This document shows positions 38,430-47,587 of a stretch of 64,000 nt of DNA, one piece after another. The DNA comes from an uncultured beta proteobacterium (GTDB lineage: Bacteria; Pseudomonadota; Gammaproteobacteria; Burkholderiales; SG8-39). Under the pieces are notes generated by a model that was given only the letters and a program-made list of their open reading frames with translations, ran no database searches and had not been told where the DNA came from. Both the position numbers and the translations under genes were made by a program. The stretch's first letter is position 1, and the number at the start of each line of letters is the position of its first letter. The stretch spans positions 202,225-266,224 of the forward strand of contig CAVTJG010000009.1 of the NCBI GenBank assembly GCA_963735025.1. Direction: 5' to 3'.

Positions 38430-38806
38430 ATGACCAAGATCCTGCTCGTCGAGGACAACGAGATGAACCGCGACATGCTGTCGCGGCGCCTCGCCGCCGA
38501 GGGCTACGAGGTCGTCATGGCCATGGACGGCGAGCAGGGCGTGGCGATGGCCACGTCCGAACCCCCGCGCTCATCCTGATGGACATGAGCCTGCCCGGTA
38601 TCGACGGCTGGGAGGCCACGCGCCGGATCAAGGCGGAACCCGCCACCCGCGCCATTCCGGTCATCGCGCTGACCGCGCATGCGATGGAGGGCGACCGCGA
38701 GAAGGCGCTCGCGGCCGGCGTCGACGACTTCGACACCAAGCCCGTCGAGCTTGAGCGGCTGCTCGGCAAGATCGAAGCGCTGCTCGCGCGCAACGCCGCC
38801 TCCTGA
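38430..38806 (+). pseudogene. Single-domain response regulator (REC), one frameshift near 38565
   Basis: MTKILLVEDNEMNRDMLSRRLAAEGYEVVMAMDGEQGVAMATSE in one frame, then [74 protein letters not shown] in another. The ATG overlaps the kinase stop (ATGA). Confidence 0.65.
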
Positions 38807-38808
38807 AG

Positions 38809-40374
38809 ATGGATCGCGAGACGCTCGCCCAGCTGCGTCACGAGCTGCGCACGCCGCTGAATCACATCATCGGCTACACCGAGATGCTGATCGAGGACGG
38901 CGGGCCGCCGGAGCTCGCGCCTGCACTCCGCGCAGTGCTCGACGACGCGCAGGCACTGCTCGGTCTGATCAACGAGCTGCTCGGCCCGGCTGCTGCGGGC
39001 TCCCTCGAGTCCGCACAGCATCTCGCCGCGCAGCTCGGCGCACCCCTCGAGCGCATCCTCGATGCAAGCAAGGCCATCACGGCGAAGCTACTCGCAGCCG
39101 GCGCCGCAGAGGCGCACAAGGACGCGGATCGCATCCACGGCGCCGCCGATCACCTCGCCATGCTCGTCAAAGGCGGGCTCGCCCAGCGCGTGACCGAGCG
39201 CGCCGCCGCGAAGGCGACGCCGGAATTGCCGGCCGCCACCGTCCATGCAGCGAAATCGGGCGCCGGCGTCATCCTCGTGGTGGACGACAACGCGGAGAAC
39301 CGCGAGATGCTGGCGCGCCGGCTGGGGCGCGAGGGCTTCGAGGTCCTGCGGGCAGCTGGCGGCGCCGAAGCGCTCGCGACCCTCGAGAGCGCGGCCGTCG
39401 ATCTCGTGCTGCTCGACGTGATGATGCCGGACATCAACGGCTACGACGTTCTGAAGCGGCTCAAAGACGAATCGAGCGGCTGCGGCACATCCCCGTGCTC
39501 ATGATCTCGTCGCTCGACGAGGAAGAAAGCGTCGCGCGCTGCATCGAGCTCGGTGCCGAAGATTACCTGCCGAAGCCCTTCAGCCCGGTCATCCTGCGCG
39601 CCCGGGTGAGCGCCTGCCTCGAGCGGAAGCGTCTGCGCGATCAGGAGGTGCGCCACGCGGCCGAGCTCGAGGAGTGGAACCGGACGCTCGAGCAGCCGCG
39701 TGCAGGAAGGCGTGGCGCACGTCGAGAAGCTGGGCCGCCTCAAGCGCTTCTTCTCGCCGCAGCTCGCCGAGCTGATCGTGGCCGGCGGCGCCGACGACCC
39801 GCTGCGCACGCACCGCCGCCAGGTGACGGTCGTGTTCCTGGACCTGCGCGGCTTCACCGCGTTCGCCGAGACGGCCGAGCCCGAGGAGTCATGGGCGTGC
39901 TGCGCGAGTACCACGCCGCGATGGGCGAGCTGATCCTCGCGCACGAGGGCACGCTCGAGCGATTCACCGGCGACGGCATGATGATCTTCTTCAACGACCC
40001 GGTGGAAGTGCCGGACCATGCCGAGCGCGCGGTGCGCATGGCGCTGGCGATGCGCGACTGCGTGGCGAAGCTCGCCGCCGGGCTGGAAGAAGCAGGGCTG
40101 GGATCTCGCGCTCGGCGTGGGGATCGCGCAGGGCTACGCGACGATCGGCGCGATCGGCTTCGAGGGCCGGTGGGACTACGGCGCGATCGGCACGGTGACG
40201 AATCTCGCCGCGCGCCTGTGCGGCGAAGCAAAAGGCGGCCAGGTTCTCGTGTCGTCCCGCCTGGCGGGCGCGGTCGAGGACGTGGTCGAGACCGAAGAGG
40301 TCGGCTCCCTCACCCTCAAGGGACTCCATAAGCCTGTTCCCGCACTCAACGTGGTCGCGCTCAAATCCGGATGA
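38809..40374 (+). pseudogene. HisKA-only phosphotransfer domain - REC - class III adenylate/guanylate cyclase, four frameshifts as sequenced
   Basis: H-box [19 protein letters not shown] with no HATPase. REC shows [14 protein letters not shown]...[12 protein letters not shown]...YLPKPF. The cyclase motifs are [27 protein letters not shown] and [13 protein letters not shown]. Frame switches lie near 39468, 39698, 39890 and 40087. Confidence 0.75.
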
Positions 40375-41358
40375 GGCTTTCGGTCGGCGGTCCGAGGTTA
40401 CGCGCGATCGCGTACCAGACGACGGCGGTCGTTGCGGCTGTGCTCGTCGGCTGGTTCCTCATCCGGAACACGATCGCAAATCTCGAGGCGCGGCACATCG
40501 CAAGCGGATTCGGATTTCTCGCCCGCGAAGCGGGCTTCGAGATCGGCGAGACCTCGCTCATTCCCTACACCGCGGCCGATACCTACTTCCGCGCACTCAC
40601 GGTCGGTCTGGCCAACACGTTCCGCGTCGCGCTGGTCGGCATCGTGGTCGCGACCGTGCTGGGCACACTGATCGGCCTGGCGCGCCTTTCGCGCAACTGG
40701 CTGGTGGCGAAGCTCGCCGCCGGGTACGTCGAGTTCGTGCGCAACGTGCCGCTTCTGGTGCAGCTATTCCTCTGGTACGTCGTCATCACGGAGAACCTGC
40801 CCGGTCCGCGCGAGGCGCTCGAGCCCCTGCCAGGCGTCTTCCTCGCCAACCGCGGCATCTATTTCCCGGTGCCCACGTGGGACACCGCGCATCTCTGGAT
40901 GAGCGTTCCGCGGCTCGAGGGCTTCAATTTCGCTGGCGGAGGGGTGATCACGCCGGAGTTCGCCGCACTCACGTTCGGACTCATCCTATACACCGCGGCG
41001 TTCATCGCCGAGATCGTGCGCGCCGGCGTGCTCGCCATCCCACGCGGCCAGTTCGACGCCGCGTACGCGCTGGGATTGCGCCGCGGGCCCGCCATGCGGC
41101 TGGTGGTGCTGCCGCAGGCATTGCGCGTGATCGTGCCCCCGCTGACGAGTCAGTACCTCAATCTGGCCAAGAACAGTTCGCTCGCGGTGGCGATCGGGTA
41201 TCCCGGACCTCGTCTCGATCGCGAACACCGTGATGAACCAGACCGGCCAGGCGATCGAGGGCATCGCGATCATCATGGCGGTCTACCTGACGATCTCGCT
41301 CTCGATCTCGGTGTTCATGAACTGGTACAACGCACGCATCGCACTCACGGAAAGGTAG
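40371..41358 (+). pseudogene. aapQ: General L-amino-acid ABC transporter permease AapQ/BztB type, 1-bp frameshift near 41205
   Basis: MRLSVGGPRLRAIAYQ...NLEARHIASGFGFLAREAGFEIGE...LSRNWLVAKLAAGYVEFVRNVPLLVQLF... The C-terminal DLVSIANTVMNQTGQAIEGIAIIMAVYLTISLSISVFMNWYNARIALTER is in the next frame after cccGGacc. The ATG overlaps the cyclase stop. Confidence 0.8.
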
Positions 41359-41361
41359 CGA

Positions 41362-42432
41362 GTGAGAGCGATCTCCGCCTGGTCCTGGCTGCGAACGAAT
41401 CTCTTCTCGAGCTGGGCGAATTCTCTGCTGACCATCGCGGCACTGTGGCTGTTGTGGCGCGTGGTGCCGCCGTTCATCGACTGGGCGTTCCTGGACGCAG
41501 TCTGGGTCGCGCCAGACGCGCAAGCCTGCCGCGCAGCGGCCGGGTCGGGCGCGTGCTGGGCATTCATCGCCGAGAAGCACCGCTTCATCCTGTTCGGGAC
41601 CTATCCGTACGAGCAGCACTGGCGACCGGCGGCGGCGTGCGTGATCCTCGTCGCACTCTGGGTCGTGAGCGCGCTGCGCCGGTTCTGGAGCTGGCGGCTC
41701 GCGCCGCTCTGGGCGGCGGGCCTGGGCGCGGTCGGCGTGCTGATGTGGGGCGGCGTGCTCGGCCTGTCCTACGTGGAGAACGAGCGCTGGGGCGGTCTGA
41801 TCCTGACGCTGTTGCTGACGACCTTCGGCCTCGCGCTCGCGTTTCCGCTGTCGATCCTGCTCGCGCTCGGCAGGCGCTCCAGCATGCCGGTGATCCAGGG
41901 ACTGTGCGTCGGATTCATCGAGCTCGTCCGGGGCGTCCCGCTGATCTCGCTCCTTTTCATGGCCTCGGTGATGCTGCCGCTCTTCCTTCCGGAGGGCGTC
42001 ACGATCGACAAGCTACTGCGCGCCCAGATCGCGATGATCCTCTTCGCTGCCGCCTACCTCGCCGAGGTGGTGCGCGGCGGCCTGCAGGCGATCCCGCGCG
42101 GCCAGTACGACGCAGCCGACGCACTCGGGCTGACTTACTGGGGGAAGACCCTGCTCGTCGTGCTGCCGCAGGCGCTCCGGATCGCGATTCCGCCCACGGT
42201 CAACACGTTCATCGGTTTCTTCAAGGACACCTCGCTCGTGTTGATCATCGGACTGTTCGATCTGCTCTCGACGATCAAGGTGTCGCTTACCGAGCCGGCC
42301 TGGAGCGGCTTCGGCGTCGAGGCGTATCTTTTCGCAGCGCTCGTCTACTTCGCGTTCTGCTTCGCGATGTCGCGCTACAGCCAGAATCTCGAGCACACGC
42401 TCGCGCAGTCCGAAACGGGGCGGTGGCGCTGA
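41362..42432 (+). CDS. aapM: General L-amino-acid ABC transporter permease AapM/BztC type
   Basis: GTG start. MRAISAWSWLRTNLFSSWANSLLTI...ELVRGVPLISLLFMASVMLPLFLP...EVVRGGLQAIPRGQYDAADALGL. Confidence 0.85.
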   Translation: MRAISAWSWLRTNLFSSWANSLLTIAALWLLWRVVPPFIDWAFLDAVWVAPDAQACRAAAGSGACWAFIAEKHRFILFGTYPYEQHWRPAAACVILVALWVVSALRRFWSWRLAPLWAAGLGAVGVLMWGGVLGLSYVENERWGGLILTLLLTTFGLALAFPLSILLALGRRSSMPVIQGLCVGFIELVRGVPLISLLFMASVMLPLFLPEGVTIDKLLRAQIAMILFAAAYLAEVVRGGLQAIPRGQYDAADALGLTYWGKTLLVVLPQALRIAIPPTVNTFIGFFKDTSLVLIIGLFDLLSTIKVSLTEPAWSGFGVEAYLFAALVYFAFCFAMSRYSQNLEHTLAQSETGRWR

Positions 42433-42492
42433 ACACGTTGACGACGCTGCAAGAGCCCTCTCACCGCCCGCCCGCGCGCCTTCGTGCACGGA

Positions 42493-44358
42493 TCAGCAGT
42501 TCCGTGCCAGCGTGTCCAGAATCGCAAGCGGGTCCTGTCCGCGCGCCTCTGCGATCGCCTTGATTGCGGCCGCCTCGCCCACCTGTACCACCGCGCTCAC
42601 GGGAAAGTTTCCCGGGGTGTGCGGGAAAACCGATGCGTCGCTGACGCGGACGCCCCGGACGCCGATGACCTTCAGATCGCCATCGACCACTGCGTCCCGG
42701 TCGCTCCGCTTGCCCATCCTCGCCGTGCCATTGGCATGGTGGCCCCAAGTGTTGGACTCGATTGCGGTGCGGATTTCGGCGTCGGTCAGCACATCGGCGC
42801 CTGGCCAAGCTTCCCGATGCACAAGGCTGGCGTACGATTCGATGACCTCGCGCGCCGTCTTCACTCCGACGACGAGCGGGCGGCTGTCATTTTCACCCGG
42901 AGCGTCCTCCGAGTGGTACTTGAAGTTGATCTTCGGCTGCCCGAAGGGATCATGCGGGTCCAGCTTCACGTAGCCTTTCCTGTCGCCCTTGTTCTTGTAC
43001 AGGACCAGCCACGTAAGCTTGTTGGGATTCTTGGTGGCTTCCCTGAAAAAATCCGGAAAGTAACCCCGGAGGTCGGCCGGAAGGCAGAAAATGAAGAGAT
43101 CGGGCTCGCGAAGCCCCGCGATCGACTTCATCTGGAATCCGGCCACCACACCGTTGGTGGCATACACGCCGCGACCAGACTGAAGCCATTCGACGTAGTG
43201 CGGATCGGTCGGATCAACCTCGAATTTCACGCCTTCGAGCAGCGCGAAATTCTTCTTCATCTCGGTCACGACGCCGATTTCGTACCGGTCGTGCAGACCC
43301 TGACCCACGCCCGGCCGGTCAACGATCAGCTCCTTGATGCCTGCCTTCTTCAACTCGTCCACCGGGCCGATTCCGGAGCGCATGAGGATGGCCGGTGTCT
43401 CGAAGGCGCCGCCCGCAAGAAACACTTCCCGGCCTACGGGCTCCTCGTTCTCGGTGCCATCGGGAAGCGTGTACCGCACGCCTACGGCCTCCTGCTTCGC
43501 GTTGAAGACGATGCTTCTTACCCGCGCTCCCGTGCGAATGGTGAGATTGTCGGGATGGCTCGCCTGCACGGAGAGCAGGCGGTCCCGTACCCCACCGGCG
43601 CGGCGGCCCTGCCCGGTGACGGTCATCGGCGTGAGGACGAATCCCTCGGTGCGCTGGGTGCGATCGTCGTTGGGGTCGAACACGGTCAGCACGCGCATGA
43701 AAAGGTCGCGGAGACTACCGAGGCGCAGGGAAAAAAGGCCGGTCTTCAGCGCAATTCTCAGGATCTGCAGATCCTTGAGGACGAGTCCGAAACGGGCGCG
43801 CGTCGTCTCGATGTATCCATTGAAGCCGTGGCCGCGGCGGTTACGGAGCGCGGCGATGCCGAACGCCCGACCGAACTTGTCGAGCCACCTGAGCAGAGGA
43901 CGGTACTCGCATCGCTCGACGATCTGCAGGACCCGGCGCATGTTCCGCGCGGCCCAGAAACCGTCGCCCGTCGCCGTCGCGAAATTGTCCCAGTCGTCGT
44001 CGTCCACGCGGCACCAGACCAGGACGTTGACTTGTGTGCTGCCTCCGATTCGCCCGGTCCCGCGGGGATAGACGATGCCCGTTCTGTCCCCGCCCGTCTG
44101 GAACTTCCAGTCCCGCTTCGCAAGCTCGGGATCTTCGAAATGCTGGACGTAGTAGATTGTGGATGCGGCCGTATCCTCGGAGGCAGCGCCGGACAGCAGC
44201 GGAACGTCCACATACTTGCACGGGCCGTCGAGTCCCTGCTCGAGGACCAGCACCTTGAAGCCCGCTTCGGCGAGACGTGCAGCGGCGGGCGCGCCACCCG
44301 CCCCGGAGCCGACTACGATGTAGTCGAAAACCGCCTTGCCCGCGAGCGTGGGGTTCAT
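42493..44358 (-). CDS. GMC family FAD-dependent oxidoreductase
   Basis: FDYIVVGSGAGGAPAA (FAD GxGxxG) at the N-terminus. The C-terminal GMC signature region is GHHANGTARMG...VDGDLKVIGVRGVRVSDASVFP. Confidence 0.85.
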   Translation of the reverse strand: MNPTLAGKAVFDYIVVGSGAGGAPAAARLAEAGFKVLVLEQGLDGPCKYVDVPLLSGAASEDTAASTIYYVQHFEDPELAKRDWKFQTGGDRTGIVYPRGTGRIGGSTQVNVLVWCRVDDDDWDNFATATGDGFWAARNMRRVLQIVERCEYRPLLRWLDKFGRAFGIAALRNRRGHGFNGYIETTRARFGLVLKDLQILRIALKTGLFSLRLGSLRDLFMRVLTVFDPNDDRTQRTEGFVLTPMTVTGQGRRAGGVRDRLLSVQASHPDNLTIRTGARVRSIVFNAKQEAVGVRYTLPDGTENEEPVGREVFLAGGAFETPAILMRSGIGPVDELKKAGIKELIVDRPGVGQGLHDRYEIGVVTEMKKNFALLEGVKFEVDPTDPHYVEWLQSGRGVYATNGVVAGFQMKSIAGLREPDLFIFCLPADLRGYFPDFFREATKNPNKLTWLVLYKNKGDRKGYVKLDPHDPFGQPKINFKYHSEDAPGENDSRPLVVGVKTAREVIESYASLVHREAWPGADVLTDAEIRTAIESNTWGHHANGTARMGKRSDRDAVVDGDLKVIGVRGVRVSDASVFPHTPGNFPVSAVVQVGEAAAIKAIAEARGQDPLAILDTLARNC

Positions 44359-44491
44359 CGTGCGTTGGATATTGCGCTGGTACGACGCGGAGCGTCAATC
44401 GCCGCTCTGCGGGAGCTGAGCAGGCGACGAATGTCGGAGAGGAATCGAAGTGACATTCGATCGATCATCCGAGTCCGGGGCGTGATGGAGG

Positions 44492-45289
44492 TCATACTGC
44501 AAGACGCAACGCGGTGGTGTAGAGAACGATCGCGAACATCCGCCGCAGGACTGTGACCGGCAGCACATTCGTGAGCCGTGCGCCAACGGGCGCCATCAGC
44601 ATGCTCGGCAGAACGATTCCAATCACTGCAGGTAAGTATACGAAACCGAGAGTTAGCGCAGGTAGATCGTTGCGCAACATCCCGGACACGACGTAGCCGC
44701 GCGTGCCAGCGACGGCAATCGGAAAACCAAGCGCCGCCGCAGTACCGATGGACCGCTTGAGAGCGACACCGCACCAGGTCAACAACGGCACAAACAGTAT
44801 TGCGCCGCCAAAGCCGACCATTCCAGACAGGCCACCTACGAGAGCGCCCGCGAGCGTCAACGCACGCCTGGTGAGCGGTCGGGCGCGCACGCGTGGTTCG
44901 AGTCCGAGCAGCATCTGCGTGGCGATCACGGTGACGTACACGGCCAACCCGACACGCAGGGTGGCGACCGGGATCATGCTGGACGCAGCTGCGCCGGCGC
45001 CCGCGCCGACGACGATGCCGGGTGCAGCCCATCTGAACAGTCGCCACAGAACGGTCCCGCGGGCACTGTGAGCCCGTGCGCTCGAGGCGGATGTGAACAG
45101 AATGCATGCCATGGATGTGCCGAATGCGAGCGGCAGTGCGATCTCGGCCGGCAATCCGCGCGTGGCAAACACGTAGGCGAGCGCCGGCACGAGTATTAAT
45201 CCGCCGCCGATACCGAGCAGCCCGGCGAGGAAACCCGCCAGGCTGCCGAGTGTGGCGAACACCAATCTTATCGAGATCATCTCGTTCAC
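44492..45289 (-). CDS. TauE/SafE (DUF81) family sulfite/anion exporter
   Basis: GLLGIGGGLILVPAL and a second half GMVGFGGAILFVPLL. 265 aa, polytopic. The start is GTG or ATG. Confidence 0.8.
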   Translation of the reverse strand: MNEMISIRLVFATLGSLAGFLAGLLGIGGGLILVPALAYVFATRGLPAEIALPLAFGTSMACILFTSASSARAHSARGTVLWRLFRWAAPGIVVGAGAGAAASSMIPVATLRVGLAVYVTVIATQMLLGLEPRVRARPLTRRALTLAGALVGGLSGMVGFGGAILFVPLLTWCGVALKRSIGTAAALGFPIAVAGTRGYVVSGMLRNDLPALTLGFVYLPAVIGIVLPSMLMAPVGARLTNVLPVTVLRRMFAIVLYTTALRLAV

Positions 45290-45304
45290 GATCCATGCTC
45301 CGAA

Positions 45305-45571
45305 TTAGCGATCCTCGGGTTCGTCGTCCTCATCGGGCCAGCGCCGGGTATCGGCCTCCGCGTCGTCGCGCACATCGTCCGCGCGTTGAGACGCATCGTC
45401 CGCCGCTGGTGTCGGCAAGGCGACTTCCGGCGCCGGCGTCGACGTGACTTCCGCGACGGATACGTGCTGCGCCGTCGGAGATCCGGTCTGCGTTTCCTCC
45501 GCCATCGCTGGCTGCACCGAGAGAATTGCTGCGCAGACCACGGTCACGAACAGGTACTCGATGGTTTTCAT
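45305..45571 (-). CDS. Small secreted acidic protein (hypothetical)
   Basis: SD AAAGGA. Signal peptide MKTIEYLFVTVVCAAILSVQPAMA, then an acidic Pro/Ala/Asp-rich tail. High GC3. Confidence 0.5.
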   Translation of the reverse strand: MKTIEYLFVTVVCAAILSVQPAMAEETQTGSPTAQHVSVAEVTSTPAPEVALPTPAADDASQRADDVRDDAEADTRRWPDEDDEPEDR

Positions 45572-45600
45572 CTTCTTTATCCTTTGGTCGCGTATACGGG

Positions 45601-45933
45601 TTAGTACTCAACCGGCCGGTCCAATTCGTTCGGCCAGTCTTCGTCGCGGTAGATGACGTTGTCCGCCTTCCGCCAGTCGAATCCGAACTGCACCTCGCCT
45701 TCGCCGGCGCCCGCAACTGCGTTCGAATCCGAATCGGAATCGATTGCCGGGTATGTTCGTGCGCCAGCGGAAGCGACGTCGTCGCATCCGGCGAGCGCGG
45801 CGACGGCAAGTACGAGCGTGGCGACTGTTACGATCGCCGCGAGCTGACCGATCGCGCGAACTCGCAGCTCTCGCCAAGTCAGGTTCGGACGGCGGTCGAT
45901 CAGACGCGCTTGAAGCGGTGTGTTGGTATCCAT
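45601..45933 (-). CDS. Hypothetical lipoprotein
   Basis: ATG 45933 with SD AAGGAG. TM/signal LAAIVTVATLVLAVAALAGC (lipobox LAGC), then DSDSDSN and an acidic C-terminus. Confidence 0.5.
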   Translation of the reverse strand: MDTNTPLQARLIDRRPNLTWRELRVRAIGQLAAIVTVATLVLAVAALAGCDDVASAGARTYPAIDSDSDSNAVAGAGEGEVQFGFDWRKADNVIYRDEDWPNELDRPVEY

Positions 45934-46100
45934 GTGTTGCTCCTTGCGGTGCGCCGGGAGATCGTGCCGGCGCTGCACGACGGAGCGATCTCTTCTCGAT
46001 CCGTGCGTCGAAGTATGTGAATTCGAGCGCAGCAAGAAAATTGAGCAGGCGTACTAACCGCAATGCATTAGAAAGTGCGGGCCAAACGACTGGGCACGGC

Positions 46101-47006
46101 TCAGAGCGCGCCGAGCGCGAGCGACCAGACGGAGAGGGTGACAAACGACAGCGGAATGCCGATACCGACCATCAGCGTGACGAGCTCGGGGTCGAGCTTG
46201 TTCTCGATGGCGACGACGGCACCGCCGATCATCGGAGCCATGGCGGCCTCGAAGATGGTGATGCGAATCACCGGATCGTCCAGATCAGTGAGTGACGCCA
46301 GTACGATCAGCACGGCGATGGGGCCCGCCACGAGCTTGTAGGCGAGTCCGACCGTCAACGGTCGCCAGCGCTTGCGCAGCGCGCCCAGGCGCAGCTGGAA
46401 ACCGACCGAGAAGAGCGCCAGCGGAGCGAGCGTGTCGCCGAGTCGGGTGAATGTTCCCTCCAGCCAGTCGGGCAGCACCAGGGGCGCAGACGCGAGCGCG
46501 ACCAGCGCCGCGATGAACGGTGGAAACGTGCCGATCCGTCGCACGACGCTCCGGGCGGAAAGCGTCCCGGCGGAAAGTACGGCGGCGACGAGCAGGCCGA
46601 CCGTCGAGAGCACCACGTAGGTGCCGAGCTGATCGATGAGAATTCCCACCCCGAGATGCGCGCGTCCGAAGAAGCACTCGATCATCGGCAACCCGACGAA
46701 GGAAGTGTTGCCGAGCGCGCCGGTGAGAATCAATGCGCCGGTCGTCGCGCGCGACCAGCCCAGCATGCGGCGCGCCGCAAAGAAGAACGCGACGCCGAAA
46801 GCGAACAGGATCCACGCCATTGCGACCGGGAACGCCAGGCCGGCGTCGAGCGGCAGCTTGCGAAGGTGATGCAACGTGAGCGCCGGCAGTGCGACGTGGA
46901 TGATGAAGCCGTTCAGCGCAGCAGGCGTCGCCTCGGGTAGCCGGCCGCTCTTGCGCAGCACGATCCCGAGAGCGAAGCAGAGGAGCAGCAAAGCGAGGTT
47001 CTGCAC
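46101..47006 (-). CDS. AEC (auxin efflux carrier) family transporter; start uncertain (GTG 47006 up to ATG 47126)
   Basis: VQNLALLLLCFALGIVLRKSGRLPEATPAALNGFIIHVALPAL...GALGNTSFVGLPMIE... Confidence 0.75.
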   Translation of the reverse strand: MQNLALLLLCFALGIVLRKSGRLPEATPAALNGFIIHVALPALTLHHLRKLPLDAGLAFPVAMAWILFAFGVAFFFAARRMLGWSRATTGALILTGALGNTSFVGLPMIECFFGRAHLGVGILIDQLGTYVVLSTVGLLVAAVLSAGTLSARSVVRRIGTFPPFIAALVALASAPLVLPDWLEGTFTRLGDTLAPLALFSVGFQLRLGALRKRWRPLTVGLAYKLVAGPIAVLIVLASLTDLDDPVIRITIFEAAMAPMIGGAVVAIENKLDPELVTLMVGIGIPLSFVTLSVWSLALGAL

Positions 47007-47022
47007 GGCCGCGTCGCCAGGC

Positions 47023-47280
47023 TCAGCGATCGGCGCGCGGACGCAGCGCCACCCACGCAAACTCGACTGCGATCCAGGCGATCGGGAACATACCGACGAA
47101 CATCGCAAGCGGATCGTCGGACGCAAGCGCTGCGTTGAGAAAGTAGAGCGCTACCGCCACGGCGATGGCGACACGGACGATGCGCGGGACAGCGGAGACG
47201 AGGCGTTGCCGCAGCCGCGGCGCAACGTGCTCGTCCGCGTGAATGTCCGGCCGCTGCGACTGCGATAAGAAGTGTCCCAT
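47023..47280 (-). CDS. Small hypothetical membrane protein
   Basis: 85-aa ORF with high GC3 and two hydrophobic stretches (RIVRVAIAVAVALYFL, MFVGMFPIAWIAVEFAWVAL), immediately upstream of the AEC gene. No recognisable family. Confidence 0.35.
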   Translation of the reverse strand: MGHFLSQSQRPDIHADEHVAPRLRQRLVSAVPRIVRVAIAVAVALYFLNAALASDDPLAMFVGMFPIAWIAVEFAWVALRPRADR

Positions 47281-47492
47281 GATGTCCTCCCGATGATCGG
47301 CGCCGCGCCGCTGGCTTGCTGCGTGGCTGAGGACATTCTTCGCGCGAACGACGGCCTGGGAAATTGAGCGGACGCGCTAGCCGCTCCGGGTGAACTGCAG
47401 TTGTTGGCCGCGCCGCCGTCCCACCGTGACGGGCTAGCTCGGACGTACTACCGATTACGGGACAACTCGAGCGCTACGGAAGGTCCGATCAA

Positions 47493-47568
47493 GTCATCCC
47501 CGCGAACGCGGGGATCTAGCATGCCTTTCAAGCAACTCAGGCTGGATTCCCGCGTTCGCGGGAATGAC
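47493..47568. repeat. REP-like composite palindrome, copy C
   Basis: GTCATCCCCGCGaaCGCGGGGATC ... GGATTCCCGCGttCGCGGGAATGAC. Both hairpins are near-perfect. It is intergenic, upstream of the FAD oxidase stop. Confidence 0.8.
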
Positions 47569-47587
47569 GGGTTCTTGCGGACCTTCC

